Part shown: piece by piece, positions 1-11,100 of the stretch
How the letters are laid out: every line of letters starts with the position of its first letter
Numbering within the stretch: the stretch's first letter is position 1
IMG/VR virus record: IMGVR_UViG_3300025536_000012
Coordinates: 3,496 to 67,495 of that record
DNA length: 64,000 bases
Origin: a virus
Strand: one strand, 5' to 3'
Notes under the pieces: generated by a model
The model's input: only the letters and a program-made list of their open reading frames with translations
The model's database searches: none
Told to the model about the DNA's origin: nothing
Made by a program: the position numbers and the translations under genes

Positions 1-1
1 C

Positions 2-79
2 GTGGGTGTCGTCACCCGACTTCCCGGAGGCGGTAAGGTCCGCTTCTGGCACAACGGCGGCTTCCAGATCACCATCTAA
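2..79 (+). CDS. 3' end of an upstream gene (partial)
   Basis: Open frame from the window edge to TAA at 77-79; an SD-like aaaggaaaagg follows before the next ATG. Confidence 0.3.
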   Translation: MGVVTRLPGGGKVRFWHNGGFQITI

Positions 80-118
80 TGAGCCCGGTCGCTAGACCAC
101 TCTGAAAAGGAAAAGGCA

Positions 119-1240
119 ATGAGCGTACCGGCAAGAGTACTCAACGACACGTTCGTACAGAACCTCGAGACCTCGGAAGGTAAGGAGAAGAACGCACAAA
201 TCGGTGCGGTCTATATCCGTGACCGCCTGAGGGAGGTCTGCTACGTCGACAAGATCATTCCACCCGACCCGGTCACCCGGGCCGACTGCCAGCGGTCGGT
301 GAACCACGACACCCTCGTCAAGATCGTCGATATCGAGCCCAAGTCTCGTGCGATGACCCTAACGTTCCGTGGTCAGCCCACTGCGAATCTCATCCGGGCA
401 CCCCGTGCCGAGGTCCCCTTCTTCACCGTCAGTTCGGAGAAGTTCGAGAAGACGGAGCAGGAGCTCCTCGCCTACGAGATGCCGATCACCAAGGTCATCG
501 AGGATAACTCGGTCAAGGACCTCCAGGAGATCAAGGATCGCGAGTTCACCCGCCACATCGAGTCGGCGGTTCAGGCTCTCCAGACGGAAGCCAACGCTGG
601 TGTTGCGACGGCTCTGAACGCTACCAACGTCAACACGGCGGCGGTTGTTCAGTCGTCCATCATCAAGGGTCAGGGTGCACTGACTCGCAACGTCAACGAC
701 TTCTTGGTGCAGCCGATCCTGCGCCCGGACCTCGTGAACCTCTTCAAGCTGCTGGACACGAACCGGCTTCGCTCGGAGCGGTTCCTCATGACCGAAGGTG
801 ACTACGACGATATTCTGTCGTGGACGCTCCAGGACATGGGCGACAAGATGCAATCCGAGACGATGGTCGACGGATACAAGTACAACGTCCTCCTAGGACG
901 CAAGTTGATCCGTACCATCAAGACGGATATCCTTCGTGCGGGTAACGTGTACGTCTTCACCGAGCCCGAATTCCTCGGTAAGAACTACATCCTCAACAAC
1001 ACCAAGTTCTACATCGACAAGGTGGCGAACCTGATCACTTGGCAGTCCTGGATGGACATCGCCATCGCGATCATCAACGTCGCTTCGGTGCGGAAGTTGG
1101 AGCTCTACGGCGGATCGGTCACCCCGACCGCTACGGACACTGGCTTCGCGGCCAAGCTACCCGTTGCAGAGGATGCGCTGGGTGCGGTGAACAACAGGGT
1201 TGACAGCAGCCTCAAGTTCCCCAACGTCAGCCAGTTCTAA
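119..1240 (+). CDS. virion structural protein, possibly the major capsid protein
   Basis: 373-aa ORF with an SD. Size and composition fit an HK97-like capsid protein and it is the first gene of the structural block. No diagnostic motif, so the product is inferred from position only. Confidence 0.4.
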   Translation: MSVPARVLNDTFVQNLETSEGKEKNAQIGAVYIRDRLREVCYVDKIIPPDPVTRADCQRSVNHDTLVKIVDIEPKSRAMTLTFRGQPTANLIRAPRAEVPFFTVSSEKFEKTEQELLAYEMPITKVIEDNSVKDLQEIKDREFTRHIESAVQALQTEANAGVATALNATNVNTAAVVQSSIIKGQGALTRNVNDFLVQPILRPDLVNLFKLLDTNRLRSERFLMTEGDYDDILSWTLQDMGDKMQSETMVDGYKYNVLLGRKLIRTIKTDILRAGNVYVFTEPEFLGKNYILNNTKFYIDKVANLITWQSWMDIAIAIINVASVRKLELYGGSVTPTATDTGFAAKLPVAEDALGAVNNRVDSSLKFPNVSQF

Positions 1241-1325
1241 GCCCGAGCTTTCGGGGGAGGCCCTAGGATCGACCCCCGGTCCTGGGGCCTTCTGTTTTTT
1301 GTGCTCTCTATCCTGGAGGCAACCC

Positions 1326-1763
1326 GTGCCCATCAAGATCAACAACGTCTCTCTGGACCCTGCGTTCGCCATGAAGCGTCGCATGGCTTCTCGTCTTCAG
1401 ATGGAACCGGTCATTGCCGGGGAGCGGCTGCGCCTCCGTCAGAGCCGAACCCTGACAGATGATCAAGTTGCTGCGAACGTACAGTGGCTGGCGGAACTCG
1501 AGCGTGGTGGTGTCATCTCCATCGAAAAAGATGGATCGATTCCACTCGACGTGCTTTTGCCGACCCCACCGCCACCGCCAGCTCCGGTTCCGGAGCCCAA
1601 GAAGGAGGAATTCGTTCTTCCTCCTGAGTCTCCACCATCGCCGCCAGCTCCTCCCGAGTCGGCTCCTTTGGCATCTTCTTCCGAAACACCTTCGACGGCT
1701 GCGGTTACTCAACCGCTTCCGAATATGGGACATCGGAAGGGTGACAAGAAGCAGGGTAGGTAA
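1326..1763 (+). CDS. Pro-rich hypothetical protein (start uncertain: GTG 1326 or ATG 1369)
   Basis: The ORF continues after the capsid-protein stop. PPPPPAPVPEP and SPPSPPAPPE tracts. Confidence 0.45.
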   Translation: MPIKINNVSLDPAFAMKRRMASRLQMEPVIAGERLRLRQSRTLTDDQVAANVQWLAELERGGVISIEKDGSIPLDVLLPTPPPPPAPVPEPKKEEFVLPPESPPSPPAPPESAPLASSSETPSTAAVTQPLPNMGHRKGDKKQGR

Positions 1764-1768
1764 TACCC

Positions 1769-2200
1769 ATGCAGGTGCGAATCACAAACGTTACGGACGG
1801 ACCCGGCAAGAAGCCGGTCGAAGCCCGTGTCTACAACAAGCGTCTTCGTCCAGGCTCCTGGATGGACGTGCCTGTTCAGTTCGTGGATGAGAAGGTCCGC
1901 AAGCTCGAACAGTCTGGTGTGATCGTCATCGGCAAGTTGCCCCCGTGGTACTCGGACTACGAGTCTCGTCGGAAGGTCCGCAACCTGACCGCTGAAGAAG
2001 TCACTGCGAACGTCGAGCTCAAGACGAATCACCAGAAGATGGTGGCCGCACGTCGAGCTTCGGCGCTTCAAGGAAAGATTGCTGCGACCAAGCCTGCTCC
2101 GGCAGTAAAGCATGAGCCGCCTGTGCTACCGCCATCTGACACTCCGGAGATGGAGGAAACCAAGGAGGACTTCCGGAGAAACCGCCCGCCAAAGAGGTGA
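1769..2200 (+). CDS. hypothetical protein (143 aa)
   Basis: Tightly packed ORF, ATG 5 nt after the previous stop. Confidence 0.55.
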   Translation: MQVRITNVTDGPGKKPVEARVYNKRLRPGSWMDVPVQFVDEKVRKLEQSGVIVIGKLPPWYSDYESRRKVRNLTAEEVTANVELKTNHQKMVAARRASALQGKIAATKPAPAVKHEPPVLPPSDTPEMEETKEDFRRNRPPKR

Positions 2201-2203
2201 TCT

Positions 2204-2704
2204 ATGTCGGACGGGGATACCCTGGGCGGATTCAATCCAGCCAGGAAAAGCGCGTATGAACAAATGGCTCAGGTAGTCCGCAACTTCACGCGGGACATGC
2301 CTGAGCTTAACCGTCTCATCCGTGGAGTGGAGAGCTCGAATCGGCTGATCTTCTGGGCAATTGATGATGCCGTAGAAGATTGGAACACCACACCTCCGCT
2401 TATTGGCCCCGTCAGTATCGAGAGTCATCCGGCTCGTCGTCTACTGATGCGAGGAGCGGTAATTCACCTCCTCGAGTCCGTAGGCCTTCTACAGACTCGC
2501 AACCACCTGACGTTCTCGGACGGCGGTATTCAGGTTGGCGTGAGCGACAAGACCCCACTCATTCATGCCTGGCTTCAATATTTCAAGAACGACTACGAGC
2601 AGAAGAAGCTTCGGCTCAAGGTATCGTTGAACATCGAAGCTGCTTGGGGCGGTGGTGTACATTCCGAGTATCTTTGGGTCAACGGTTTCTACGGAGGTTG
2701 GTAA
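2204..2704 (+). CDS. hypothetical protein (166 aa)
   Basis: ORF immediately follows the previous stop. Confidence 0.55.
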   Translation: MSDGDTLGGFNPARKSAYEQMAQVVRNFTRDMPELNRLIRGVESSNRLIFWAIDDAVEDWNTTPPLIGPVSIESHPARRLLMRGAVIHLLESVGLLQTRNHLTFSDGGIQVGVSDKTPLIHAWLQYFKNDYEQKKLRLKVSLNIEAAWGGGVHSEYLWVNGFYGGW

Positions 2705-2861
2705 CTCATGGCTCTTGCAAATCATCGTCTTCGAATTTTCCAGACCGCCAAGGAACTGGAGACATTCATTCGTACTGATGCCGCTATCTTGACGATCGTT
2801 AGCATTCATCAAGACAACAGCGGCGGATATATCCTCATCTTCACGGTCTAAAGGGGGGAAC

Positions 2862-4676
2862 ATGGGACGCGAAAACTCATTCAAGATGTACGAAGAACCG
2901 ATCCGCACGGAGTATCGCGAATCGGATTCTCGTGACATCGAGAACTTCTACGAGGGGCTTACCAATCGTAGGACCAAAGTCGCCCAACTCGGTGATGCTT
3001 CCGTTGCCTTCATCACGATGAAGAAGCATGCGATGGAGAAATGCGCCAAGTGCGGATCCACAATGATGAAGGAGAAATGCTCCAACGCTGATTGTGGTGA
3101 AGTGAAGATGGCTGGACTCATCAGCTCCGCTAAAGGCGTCGGCACTCGAGCTCTGAATGCGGTTAAGAAGAATCCTGCCATCACTGGAGCTGCTGTTGGA
3201 GCTGCGGGTGGAGCCATTGCTGGTGGCCCCGATCACCGTCTCAGTGGCGCCGCGGCCGGTGCTGGTCTTGGCGCCGCTGCTGGTCACGGAGCTGGAAAGC
3301 TGATGGCTCGAGGTGCTGCAAAGGCGGCACCGGCAGCAGCTGCGAAAGCGGCTCCGGCGGTAGAATCAATGGCGAACCCGGCAAACGTTGTTTCTTTGCC
3401 AAATCCAAACAAAACAGCCGTGATGCCAGCCAAGGGTCCGCACAACATCACCAAATCGTATGGTCCAGGAGAAGCTCCAGGATCTATGTCTGCCGCACCT
3501 GCTACGCCAGCACCGGCTCCGTCTGGTCCTACTCCTGTTCCCTGGGAAGCAGCACCAGGAACCGCTCGTGCTCAAGTACAAGCAGCGGCAAACCTGCCGA
3601 TGCCAGCAGGAGCTCGTACATCGGGTCTCGCCGAACCCGGAAGAGTACCAACTATGCCTTCTACTCCTGTAGCTAAAGGCACGGCTCCTGGAGTGGCAAA
3701 CCAATCTCCCGATGCTGTTGCAGCAGCGCGCCAGGAAATGATGGGTGGAACCCCCATGGGAGTTGGGCAGGCCAAGGGAACTGGTCCCGCTCCTGGATGG
3801 GTTCCTCCGCCCTCGAATAAAACGCAAGTCATGCAGAAAGCCGCGGCTTGGCTGCCCCCTTTCGTCGTAGCTGATGGTCCCTCGAATGCCGCTTCAAGCG
3901 GTGGGCTGTCGGCTGTGAAAGTAGCGTTCAAGATGCCGAAGATTCCTGCCTCGACCATCACCAACATCGTCGAGGAGATGGCAGATCTTGGTCGTCGCAA
4001 GCTGCAATCCGAACTGTCTGTTCAGGCAGAGAAGAGAAGGCGGAAGGAGAAGAACGCTTCTCCCTACGATGACACTTCGCTCATGGACATGAGACAGAGG
4101 GCAGCTGAAAAGTATCCAGAACGGGTGTCTCCTATCGAGGCAATCCGTACCGATTTCAAGAAGGCGTTGAAACTTCTCTCGGACAAAGTTCACGATCTCA
4201 GAACAGAACGAACGGATATCGCTTCTCCGAAGATTGCCATGCAGAACATCCTTCATCATGATGTTCCTCTCAACGCAAATGAGTTTCGAGCTCATCGAGA
4301 GAAGATTGCTGCCGAAGCCGGACTCGACATGAAGGAGATGGCTCAGATGGGCGGTATGCCCAAGACTCTGATGACTCCTAGAGGTGCCGGCTTTGCTGGT
4401 GCCGGAGCTCTCATTGGCGGAGCGATGGGATTTCTAGGTTCTCGTGGCAAGCCAGAGCTCGGTGGTAAAAGCAAGGTTGAGGTAGAGCTCGGAGCTGCAC
4501 GCGATCGTCAACCCGAGAAACCCGATGGTATCGGCGCCACGATCGGAAAACACGTCACTAACATCCACGCCGATGTCGCAGAGCAGATGAGAAAGCATCC
4601 TGTTGTCGCTACTCTCACGGGTGCCGGCGTTGGAGCCGGTCTTGCTCTTCGCGTCGCTTCTATGCTCGGTAAGTGA
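2862..4676 (+). CDS. Ala/Gly-rich virion-associated protein (604 aa)
   Basis: Long ORF with an SD (aaggggggaacATG). Extended AGAAVGAAGGAIAGG and AAAKAAPA tracts, plus a zinc-ribbon-like CAKCGS...CSNADCG. Confidence 0.6.
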   Translation: MGRENSFKMYEEPIRTEYRESDSRDIENFYEGLTNRRTKVAQLGDASVAFITMKKHAMEKCAKCGSTMMKEKCSNADCGEVKMAGLISSAKGVGTRALNAVKKNPAITGAAVGAAGGAIAGGPDHRLSGAAAGAGLGAAAGHGAGKLMARGAAKAAPAAAAKAAPAVESMANPANVVSLPNPNKTAVMPAKGPHNITKSYGPGEAPGSMSAAPATPAPAPSGPTPVPWEAAPGTARAQVQAAANLPMPAGARTSGLAEPGRVPTMPSTPVAKGTAPGVANQSPDAVAAARQEMMGGTPMGVGQAKGTGPAPGWVPPPSNKTQVMQKAAAWLPPFVVADGPSNAASSGGLSAVKVAFKMPKIPASTITNIVEEMADLGRRKLQSELSVQAEKRRRKEKNASPYDDTSLMDMRQRAAEKYPERVSPIEAIRTDFKKALKLLSDKVHDLRTERTDIASPKIAMQNILHHDVPLNANEFRAHREKIAAEAGLDMKEMAQMGGMPKTLMTPRGAGFAGAGALIGGAMGFLGSRGKPELGGKSKVEVELGAARDRQPEKPDGIGATIGKHVTNIHADVAEQMRKHPVVATLTGAGVGAGLALRVASMLGK

Positions 4677-5776
4677 GGAATACCATGGACAACTGGCTCG
4701 TCAAATTCGCATCCAAACAGCCCACTCAGATGACGCAGTTTCGTCAACAGGTGGAAACTCTTCCGCTCAACGAGCTCAGAGATTTGGTGGGTCCATCTCC
4801 AACAGGGAACGTCGACTCGTTCCAGGAGAAGGCGGCTTCTGCCATTCAAACTGGACGTCAGATGGCCCATCAAGTGGGTCCTCAACTCGTAGAGAAGACT
4901 GCTCAGGAAGCAGCAGAAGCACGAGCGATCTCTAACACTATCAGTGCTCTCTCTGATGAAGATGCCATCAAGGTGGCTCATGTTCTAGAGCACGGTTCCG
5001 AAGTCGAAAAGATCGCCGTTGTCGGTAAACTAATGCAAATGGCCGGTAAGGGACTCAAGGCCGTTGGTGGCTTCGCTGCCAAGCGTCCGGGTATGGCTGC
5101 CGCTATTGGTGGGGCAGGTATCGGTGCAATGATGGGTGGAGAAGGTAATCGCCTTGGCGGAGCTCTTGGTGGTGCGGCTCTTGGTGGTATGGGCGCCAAG
5201 ATGATTCCAGGAGCTGGGCAGAAGATCAAGAATCTAGGATTCGGAATGGGTCTTCACGGTCAGGGAATGATCAACAAGGGCATGGCCAAGATGGCTGAAG
5301 AGGTCACTGGCCTCTACAAAGTCGCCTTTGGCCTCGCGGCCAAGTGCGGAGGTTTTGGTGAAGACACCAGCTGGCTGACTCAGTTCGAGGGTTCACCGCT
5401 TCTCGAACAGGCCATTGGTTTGGCCGAGCAAGAACTCCAGATCGAGATTCAAGGCATTCAGAAAGCGCAACAGCGTCAGCAAGAAAGCCGTGATGACGAT
5501 TCGTGGACGCAGCGAGACATCATTGGTGCACGCAAGAAGCTCCTCGAACTCCAGCTTGTTTCTCAACGCAATGGTCTCGGTCAGCAGCAGGAATCCGAAG
5601 CGGCTCCTCCACAAGATCCACAAACACAGCCCCCACAACCCACTCCCAATCAGGGAGCTCAAGGACAGCAGCCACCTCAGGGTGTAGGTGGTCCTGGCGG
5701 TGTGCAGATGCCAATAGGTCAGCAGAAGCAAGCTTCCGCAAAAGTTGCTTCTCTCCCTTTTTCGGCACGTCGCTGA
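4673..5776 (+). CDS. glycine-zipper-rich protein with Gln/Pro-rich C-terminus (367 aa)
   Basis: ATGA overlap with the previous gene. GGAGIGAMMGGEGNRLGGALGGAALGGMG glycine-zipper stretch. Confidence 0.6.
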   Translation: MRNTMDNWLVKFASKQPTQMTQFRQQVETLPLNELRDLVGPSPTGNVDSFQEKAASAIQTGRQMAHQVGPQLVEKTAQEAAEARAISNTISALSDEDAIKVAHVLEHGSEVEKIAVVGKLMQMAGKGLKAVGGFAAKRPGMAAAIGGAGIGAMMGGEGNRLGGALGGAALGGMGAKMIPGAGQKIKNLGFGMGLHGQGMINKGMAKMAEEVTGLYKVAFGLAAKCGGFGEDTSWLTQFEGSPLLEQAIGLAEQELQIEIQGIQKAQQRQQESRDDDSWTQRDIIGARKKLLELQLVSQRNGLGQQQESEAAPPQDPQTQPPQPTPNQGAQGQQPPQGVGGPGGVQMPIGQQKQASAKVASLPFSARR

Positions 5777-5877
5777 ATACGGCACCGACCGCAGCGACGA
5801 TTAAGACGGCGATTTCGAAAGCCTGGGAGCTGGAAAGCAAACCCGGACGTTCTACTGTGACCAAGCAGCTCTCGATG

Positions 5878-6144
5878 ATCGATGGCCATCGTAGTCAGAT
5901 CGCTGCGTCTGAGGGTGGTTCCGTTGATTCAGTTCTAGACCGTCACAAGAAGGTGAAGCAGAGCGTTGGTGACTCGATGAAGATCGCCATGCTTCCCATT
6001 CATCCTCCTGCGGATCCAGAAATCCAGCAGAAATGGCGTGGTCGTCCTCCCAAGATGAAGGATAGTACGTCGGTCATGGGTGCCATGGAGAACACCAACT
6101 CGATGTTGTCTCCTGCCTCTACAACGACGGGACCGACGCAATGA
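5878..6144 (+). CDS. hypothetical protein (start uncertain)
   Basis: Open frame after the stop at 5776; first ATG at 5878. Overlaps the next start (ATGA). Confidence 0.35.
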   Translation: MDGHRSQIAASEGGSVDSVLDRHKKVKQSVGDSMKIAMLPIHPPADPEIQQKWRGRPPKMKDSTSVMGAMENTNSMLSPASTTTGPTQ

Positions 6145-7040
6145 GGTTGAAGGTCACCAAATTATACGCTCGAAGCTTCGATCTCGATTATCTCGATCTC
6201 TACTGGGAGATCGAATCGTTCGAAAGAGCGCAGGACGTCATCACTGCCTACGAGTTCACGATCCTACGATCTGAATCTCCAGAAGGCCCATTCAACAAAT
6301 TGGCTGGTCCGTTCAAGGATCAGTATCGATTCCGAGACTTCAGCCAGAACCTCCTCCACAAGTGGAGACAGCTCTACTACAAGCTCCAAATCCGTCATGT
6401 TCCAACTGACGAAACGGTGGATGCAGGAGTCTGCACGCTCGAGGCAGAGCCAGATCTGATTGCTCTCGAGATCCAGCGTCAAGAAGACGTCCTCTTTCGA
6501 GAGTTTGTTGGACGTCCGTGTTGGCTTTTTCCTGTTCGTATGTTTGGAGAGAAGTGCACGTGTTTCGATCGAGTCATGAACCGTCAGACTCACTCGAACT
6601 GCATCACCTGTTTCGATACTGGATTCATTGGTGGGTATATGACGCCCATCGAGATCTGGATGCAGATCGATCCAGACTCCGGTAATCCTCAAAACACCTC
6701 AATTATCGGCGAGATTCAACCAAAGAACACTTCATGTCGTGTTGGTCCCTATCCACCCATCAAGGCTAAAGACCTCATAGTCGAAGCCGAGAACAGGCGT
6801 TGGAAGGTGGTCACACAATCCGGAACAGAGAGACTACGAGCCATTGTTCACCAAGAGCTCTCACTCCACCTCGTAGTGAAGGGCGACGTTGAATTCAAGC
6901 TTCCAATCAACATCTCAGATTTGAGACGTACATGGGCGCAAGAAAGAAACTTCACTAACCCTCAACACGTCGACGACATGGACTACAAGGAGAGCGAGCT
7001 GCTGGATATCTACGACGGCAGCCCGCGAGGTGCCCAGTGA
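6141..7040 (+). CDS. Cys-cluster virion protein (299 aa)
   Basis: CTCFD...HSNCITCFD cysteine cluster. Sits inside the structural block. Confidence 0.55.
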   Translation: MRLKVTKLYARSFDLDYLDLYWEIESFERAQDVITAYEFTILRSESPEGPFNKLAGPFKDQYRFRDFSQNLLHKWRQLYYKLQIRHVPTDETVDAGVCTLEAEPDLIALEIQRQEDVLFREFVGRPCWLFPVRMFGEKCTCFDRVMNRQTHSNCITCFDTGFIGGYMTPIEIWMQIDPDSGNPQNTSIIGEIQPKNTSCRVGPYPPIKAKDLIVEAENRRWKVVTQSGTERLRAIVHQELSLHLVVKGDVEFKLPINISDLRRTWAQERNFTNPQHVDDMDYKESELLDIYDGSPRGAQ

Positions 7041-7369
7041 TCAATCACAGAGCTTTATTAGATGAGCTCGTGAAGATTGGGGAGGATGCTGAACAAGGCT
7101 CTGCCAATCGTGACCGATTAGTGAGCGCCCTGAAGACAATCGGGCTCGCTAGCCTCGGTGCAGCCGCAGGACATGGGGCGGCAGGGCTCGCAGAGACTGT
7201 CTTTCCTAAGTTCATGCACGCAGCCAAACCAGTTCAACCTGCTTACGTCAAAGCGGTTCAGATCGGTCTTCCCATATTGGGTGGTTTGAGTTTGAGTTTA
7301 GGGAACAAATACCGAGAGAAAGTCACTCAAGGAATCTCCGGTAAATCACCCAATGACCGCCGATCGTAG
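7037..7369 (+). CDS. hypothetical protein (110 aa)
   Basis: ATGA overlap with the previous gene. Confidence 0.45.
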   Translation: MINHRALLDELVKIGEDAEQGSANRDRLVSALKTIGLASLGAAAGHGAAGLAETVFPKFMHAAKPVQPAYVKAVQIGLPILGGLSLSLGNKYREKVTQGISGKSPNDRRS

Positions 7370-8129
7370 TAGCGTTCCGAGCGTACCTAGCCCTCAAGGT
7401 TTTGGTGAAGACCCGTATCTCTACTTCACTAAAGTCTACCTGACCTATCTCCAAGGTCTTTTTCGTCAATTCCCATCCGGCAGCTTCAAGTGGTCGGATA
7501 ATGAAGAAGACACGGAGATTATGATTACGGACCAATCCCCGATTCCTCGGGACCGTATCGAGCAGAGGCCGGCTTTGGTGACCTCCCGTGGTCCTGCTCA
7601 GTTTGCAGGGATGACCTTGGACCAACTTCGAAGTGTTGACCGTCGAACCGGAACTCGTGAGCATACGGATCTTGTGGCTTGCACCATGACGATCAATTGC
7701 ATCGCCAAGACAGGTCTCGAGGCACAGCGCCTTGGGTGGATAGTTCAGCGCCATCTCGGAATTGCGAACGGGAAACGACTTCTTCAGAAAGCTGGGATTC
7801 ACAAAATCTCAGACAATATCGGCTGTAGTGCAGAAACCCCTCCCGGCGCATTGGTCGCACCAGAACCAACTATAGAGATGGTCAACGTTTGCGTTACTAG
7901 TCCCTTTTTCTTCCAGTGGACCGAAAAAGTGACACCTCTCGACGCTGCTACCTTCGAAGCAGCAGAAGTGTATATGCAGGCGAACCTGCATCCGTTACCA
8001 CTAGAGGAAGAACTGACGAAGGCCCGAGAATCTACGATCTACAACAGAGCTCCAACGATTCGTGGAGTTCCGATTACGGGGCAGGCTGTTTCACTCGACA
8101 ACCCCATCAAGACCAAGGTCAAGATCTAG
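7353..8129 (+). CDS. hypothetical structural protein (258 aa)
   Basis: ORF overlapping the previous stop. Confidence 0.5.
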   Translation: MTADRSSVPSVPSPQGFGEDPYLYFTKVYLTYLQGLFRQFPSGSFKWSDNEEDTEIMITDQSPIPRDRIEQRPALVTSRGPAQFAGMTLDQLRSVDRRTGTREHTDLVACTMTINCIAKTGLEAQRLGWIVQRHLGIANGKRLLQKAGIHKISDNIGCSAETPPGALVAPEPTIEMVNVCVTSPFFFQWTEKVTPLDAATFEAAEVYMQANLHPLPLEEELTKARESTIYNRAPTIRGVPITGQAVSLDNPIKTKVKI

Positions 8130-8146
8130 TATGAGGAGCATTTAAG

Positions 8147-11100
8147 ATGGCCGAACTTCCAAGACCGGGCGTCGAAGTCATTCAGCAGTTTCAAGCTGCT
8201 TCACCGACTGTCCTGAACCCCACACTTGTTCCGTTCGTAACGGGACCCGCAAAAGAAATCGTCGAGTTCCTGAACTCAGACGGTTCCATCAACACAGGTG
8301 CCAAGCAGGGTACTTACGAGCAGCTTCCACAGGTAGTTGCCCAGAGTGCCTTTCCCTCCCCACGCAGCAACATTGCTGAAGTGAATGTCGAGGAAGGTAC
8401 CATTGAGGCAGCTATCCTATTCGGAGGAAAGCTCTCTCAGCTCGATCGCGACCCCGGCTCTGCCTTCTTGGTGGGCTGGAACAATGCTCGTCGTGCGGCC
8501 TATCGTTCTCCAGAAATCACTGGTGCCGGACTCGCTCTCGACGGTTTGACTCTTGTCATCGCCATCGACCAGACGGTTCGTCTGAACGTACTCAGCGATA
8601 TCGCTATCACCTTCGCCACAGTCGGAGGCGGTAACCTCACCGCTGCACAGATCGCAGACCAGATCAACGATGCCGTTGGTGAAGACGTCGCCTCTGTCAT
8701 CGAAGTCGGTGCTAACTTCCGTGTTCAGATCGCCTCGACCCTTTGGGGAGCTGGCTCTTCTGTCACCATTCGTGCCGGCGGTTCTGCTAACGCTCTGATG
8801 GTATCCCTCACCGACTCGGTCGAATACCGTGTGGAGGCCGCAGGCTTCTACGCCCAAGATCAGGTCGATAACACCACTCTCTCGCCGTACATTGTCTGGA
8901 GTCGGGGTGTTAAATACCTCGACGGTGTTGCTACCGCCTTCGGAGTGGCCCTGGCTGCCGACGCCAGCTTTGGTCAGATCTACCTCGACTCGAGCGACGT
9001 TGAAACCTACGAGGAAGCTCAGGCTTCGAACATCACCTTCACTGGTGGCGGTTCAATCGATCTCAAGGTCGGCGATTACTTCGTTGTGGATGGCGTTCGT
9101 CCGAACACGTCCGCTGAAGTCTCTCGTGTGGAGACGACTCGCTTCAAGCTTGGAATCATTAACACAGCGCTCTCCACGTTCGATGACGATGGGGATATCC
9201 TGACTGCCGTCTACGACGACAGCAAGGTCAACACTCTTCTCTCCAGCGTCCCATTCTCTCCGCACTATGCGTGGTTCAAAGCCCGTAAGCTTGCGGGAGA
9301 GAATGTCGCTGCCACCGCAGCAACGATGACCGGCACCAAGCTGGGAACTCCTGCAACGGTTGCAACTATCCTCGGCGTCGGTGCCGGTGCTGGTCCATTC
9401 GCTCTTGCTGGTCTGACTCTCAAGACCACACTCACGCTGGATGGAGAAATTCAGGACCAGTATACCTTCACCTTCACAGGTGGACCCTTCGCCGACATGG
9501 CAGCCGTTGTTGCGGTGATCGATATCGATGGGATTGTGGCTTTGGACGCTTCCGGCCAGCTCCGTCTATCGACCACAAGCACTGGTGCTGATCAGGCTCT
9601 GAGTCTAGATACTGGATCATCCGCAGCAGCCGTTCTCGGATTCGCAGCTCTTCCGACCTCTGATATCGGAACTGATGTCGAATTCAAAGATATGGCTGCT
9701 GTTCTGACAGGTGCAGCTCAGACTTTCGCGTTCACTGGAACGATCGGTCATACCCTTCTAGTCGATGTATCGACCGATGGGGGGCTCACCTATCCAGTTA
9801 CGAGGACCTTCACGCATGATGCGGGGTCGATCGGTCCTCATGCCAACATTACCGCTCTTATCGCTGCTCTCAACACAGCAGCTCGATGGGATGGCGGTGT
9901 TTTCCCAACCCAGTTCACGATCACGAACACCGGTAACCAAGTCGTTATCACCTCTACCGCAACGGGCGGTGGTGTGGCTCTTCGGATTGGTGCTGCTTCT
10001 ACCGGTATCTTGCCGGGTGCAACAAATGCCCAGCTTCAGTTCGCTGCTAGTGTTGCTGACATCGGTGAAGAAAACCTTCAGGGTCTCACCCTCAAGCTAC
10101 GCCTTAACGATCGTCCAGACATCTACTCCGTAGTCTTTCAATCCGACTCACTGGATGATGCGGTTGCTGAGATCAACGAGGTTATCGGCTTCTCTGTTGC
10201 CTCTATCGGAGGCGGTTCTCTTAGTCAGCTCGTACTGACGAGTCCTTTGGAAGGTGCGGCCTCCAGGATCGAAGTCGTTGACGATACAGTCAACATCCGC
10301 GGCTATTTGGCCTTCGGTTTCACCTCGAATCAGTCGGCTGTCGGTACTGGTCGTCCCAACCCGGATTTCCGGGTCGACGACTTGGGTAATGCCCTCATTG
10401 GAGGAGAGCTTCTCCGCAATGCAGTGACGGGCAATCCATTCAGCAACTCGATCGCAGACCTGTACATCCAGTACACCGGTCTCCGTCTCGACGTATCTCC
10501 CCTGGCAGCCAGCCCAGCTCTTCTCTCCATCAGCGACGTCACGACCCTCGAGCAGGTTCTCGGTCCTCTGAACCAGAACAATCCTCTCGGTCTCGCGATG
10601 TTCTTTCAGATCATCAACGCCCCCGGCATCGCTTGCAAGGGTATGGGTGTTTCTGGATCTTCTGCTGCGGAGCCCGAAGGAACGTTGACCGCGTACACGC
10701 AGGTCGCCTCGTTCATTCAAAGCGAAGAAGTCTACGCAATCTGTCCTCTGACGTCAGCACAGACCGTTCATGAAATGTTCACAACTCACGTGGGCTTCAT
10801 GTCCGGAGCGGCTCAGAAGGGCGAGCGTATCCTCATCACGTGTCCGCTGGATCCTCTTCGCGATAACGACACTGTCGTATCTTCTGGTCTTTCGGCCAAC
10901 ACTACGGCTACTCCGAACCAGCTCACTCTAGATACGAACCCCAATCAGGGTCTCATCGACAACGGTATCAACCCAGCTCTTCCGATCGATGAGGAAGACG
11001 AGGTCTATATCGAGCTAGCTGTAGTCGTTGGAGCCCTACAGGAGGTTCGTCGATACAGTGTTGCCTCGGTGAATGGTGTCCTCACCACGTTCCGTACGAC

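Noticed and set aside
359-1733. Minus-strand ORFs (359-853, 1308-1733) and plus-frame ORFs (369-617, 1459-1890) overlapping the plus-strand virion genes.
   Set aside because: They are Arg/Ser/Pro-rich frames fully nested in longer, SD-initiated plus-strand genes. This composition is typical of antisense or off-frame ORFs in GC-balanced coding DNA.
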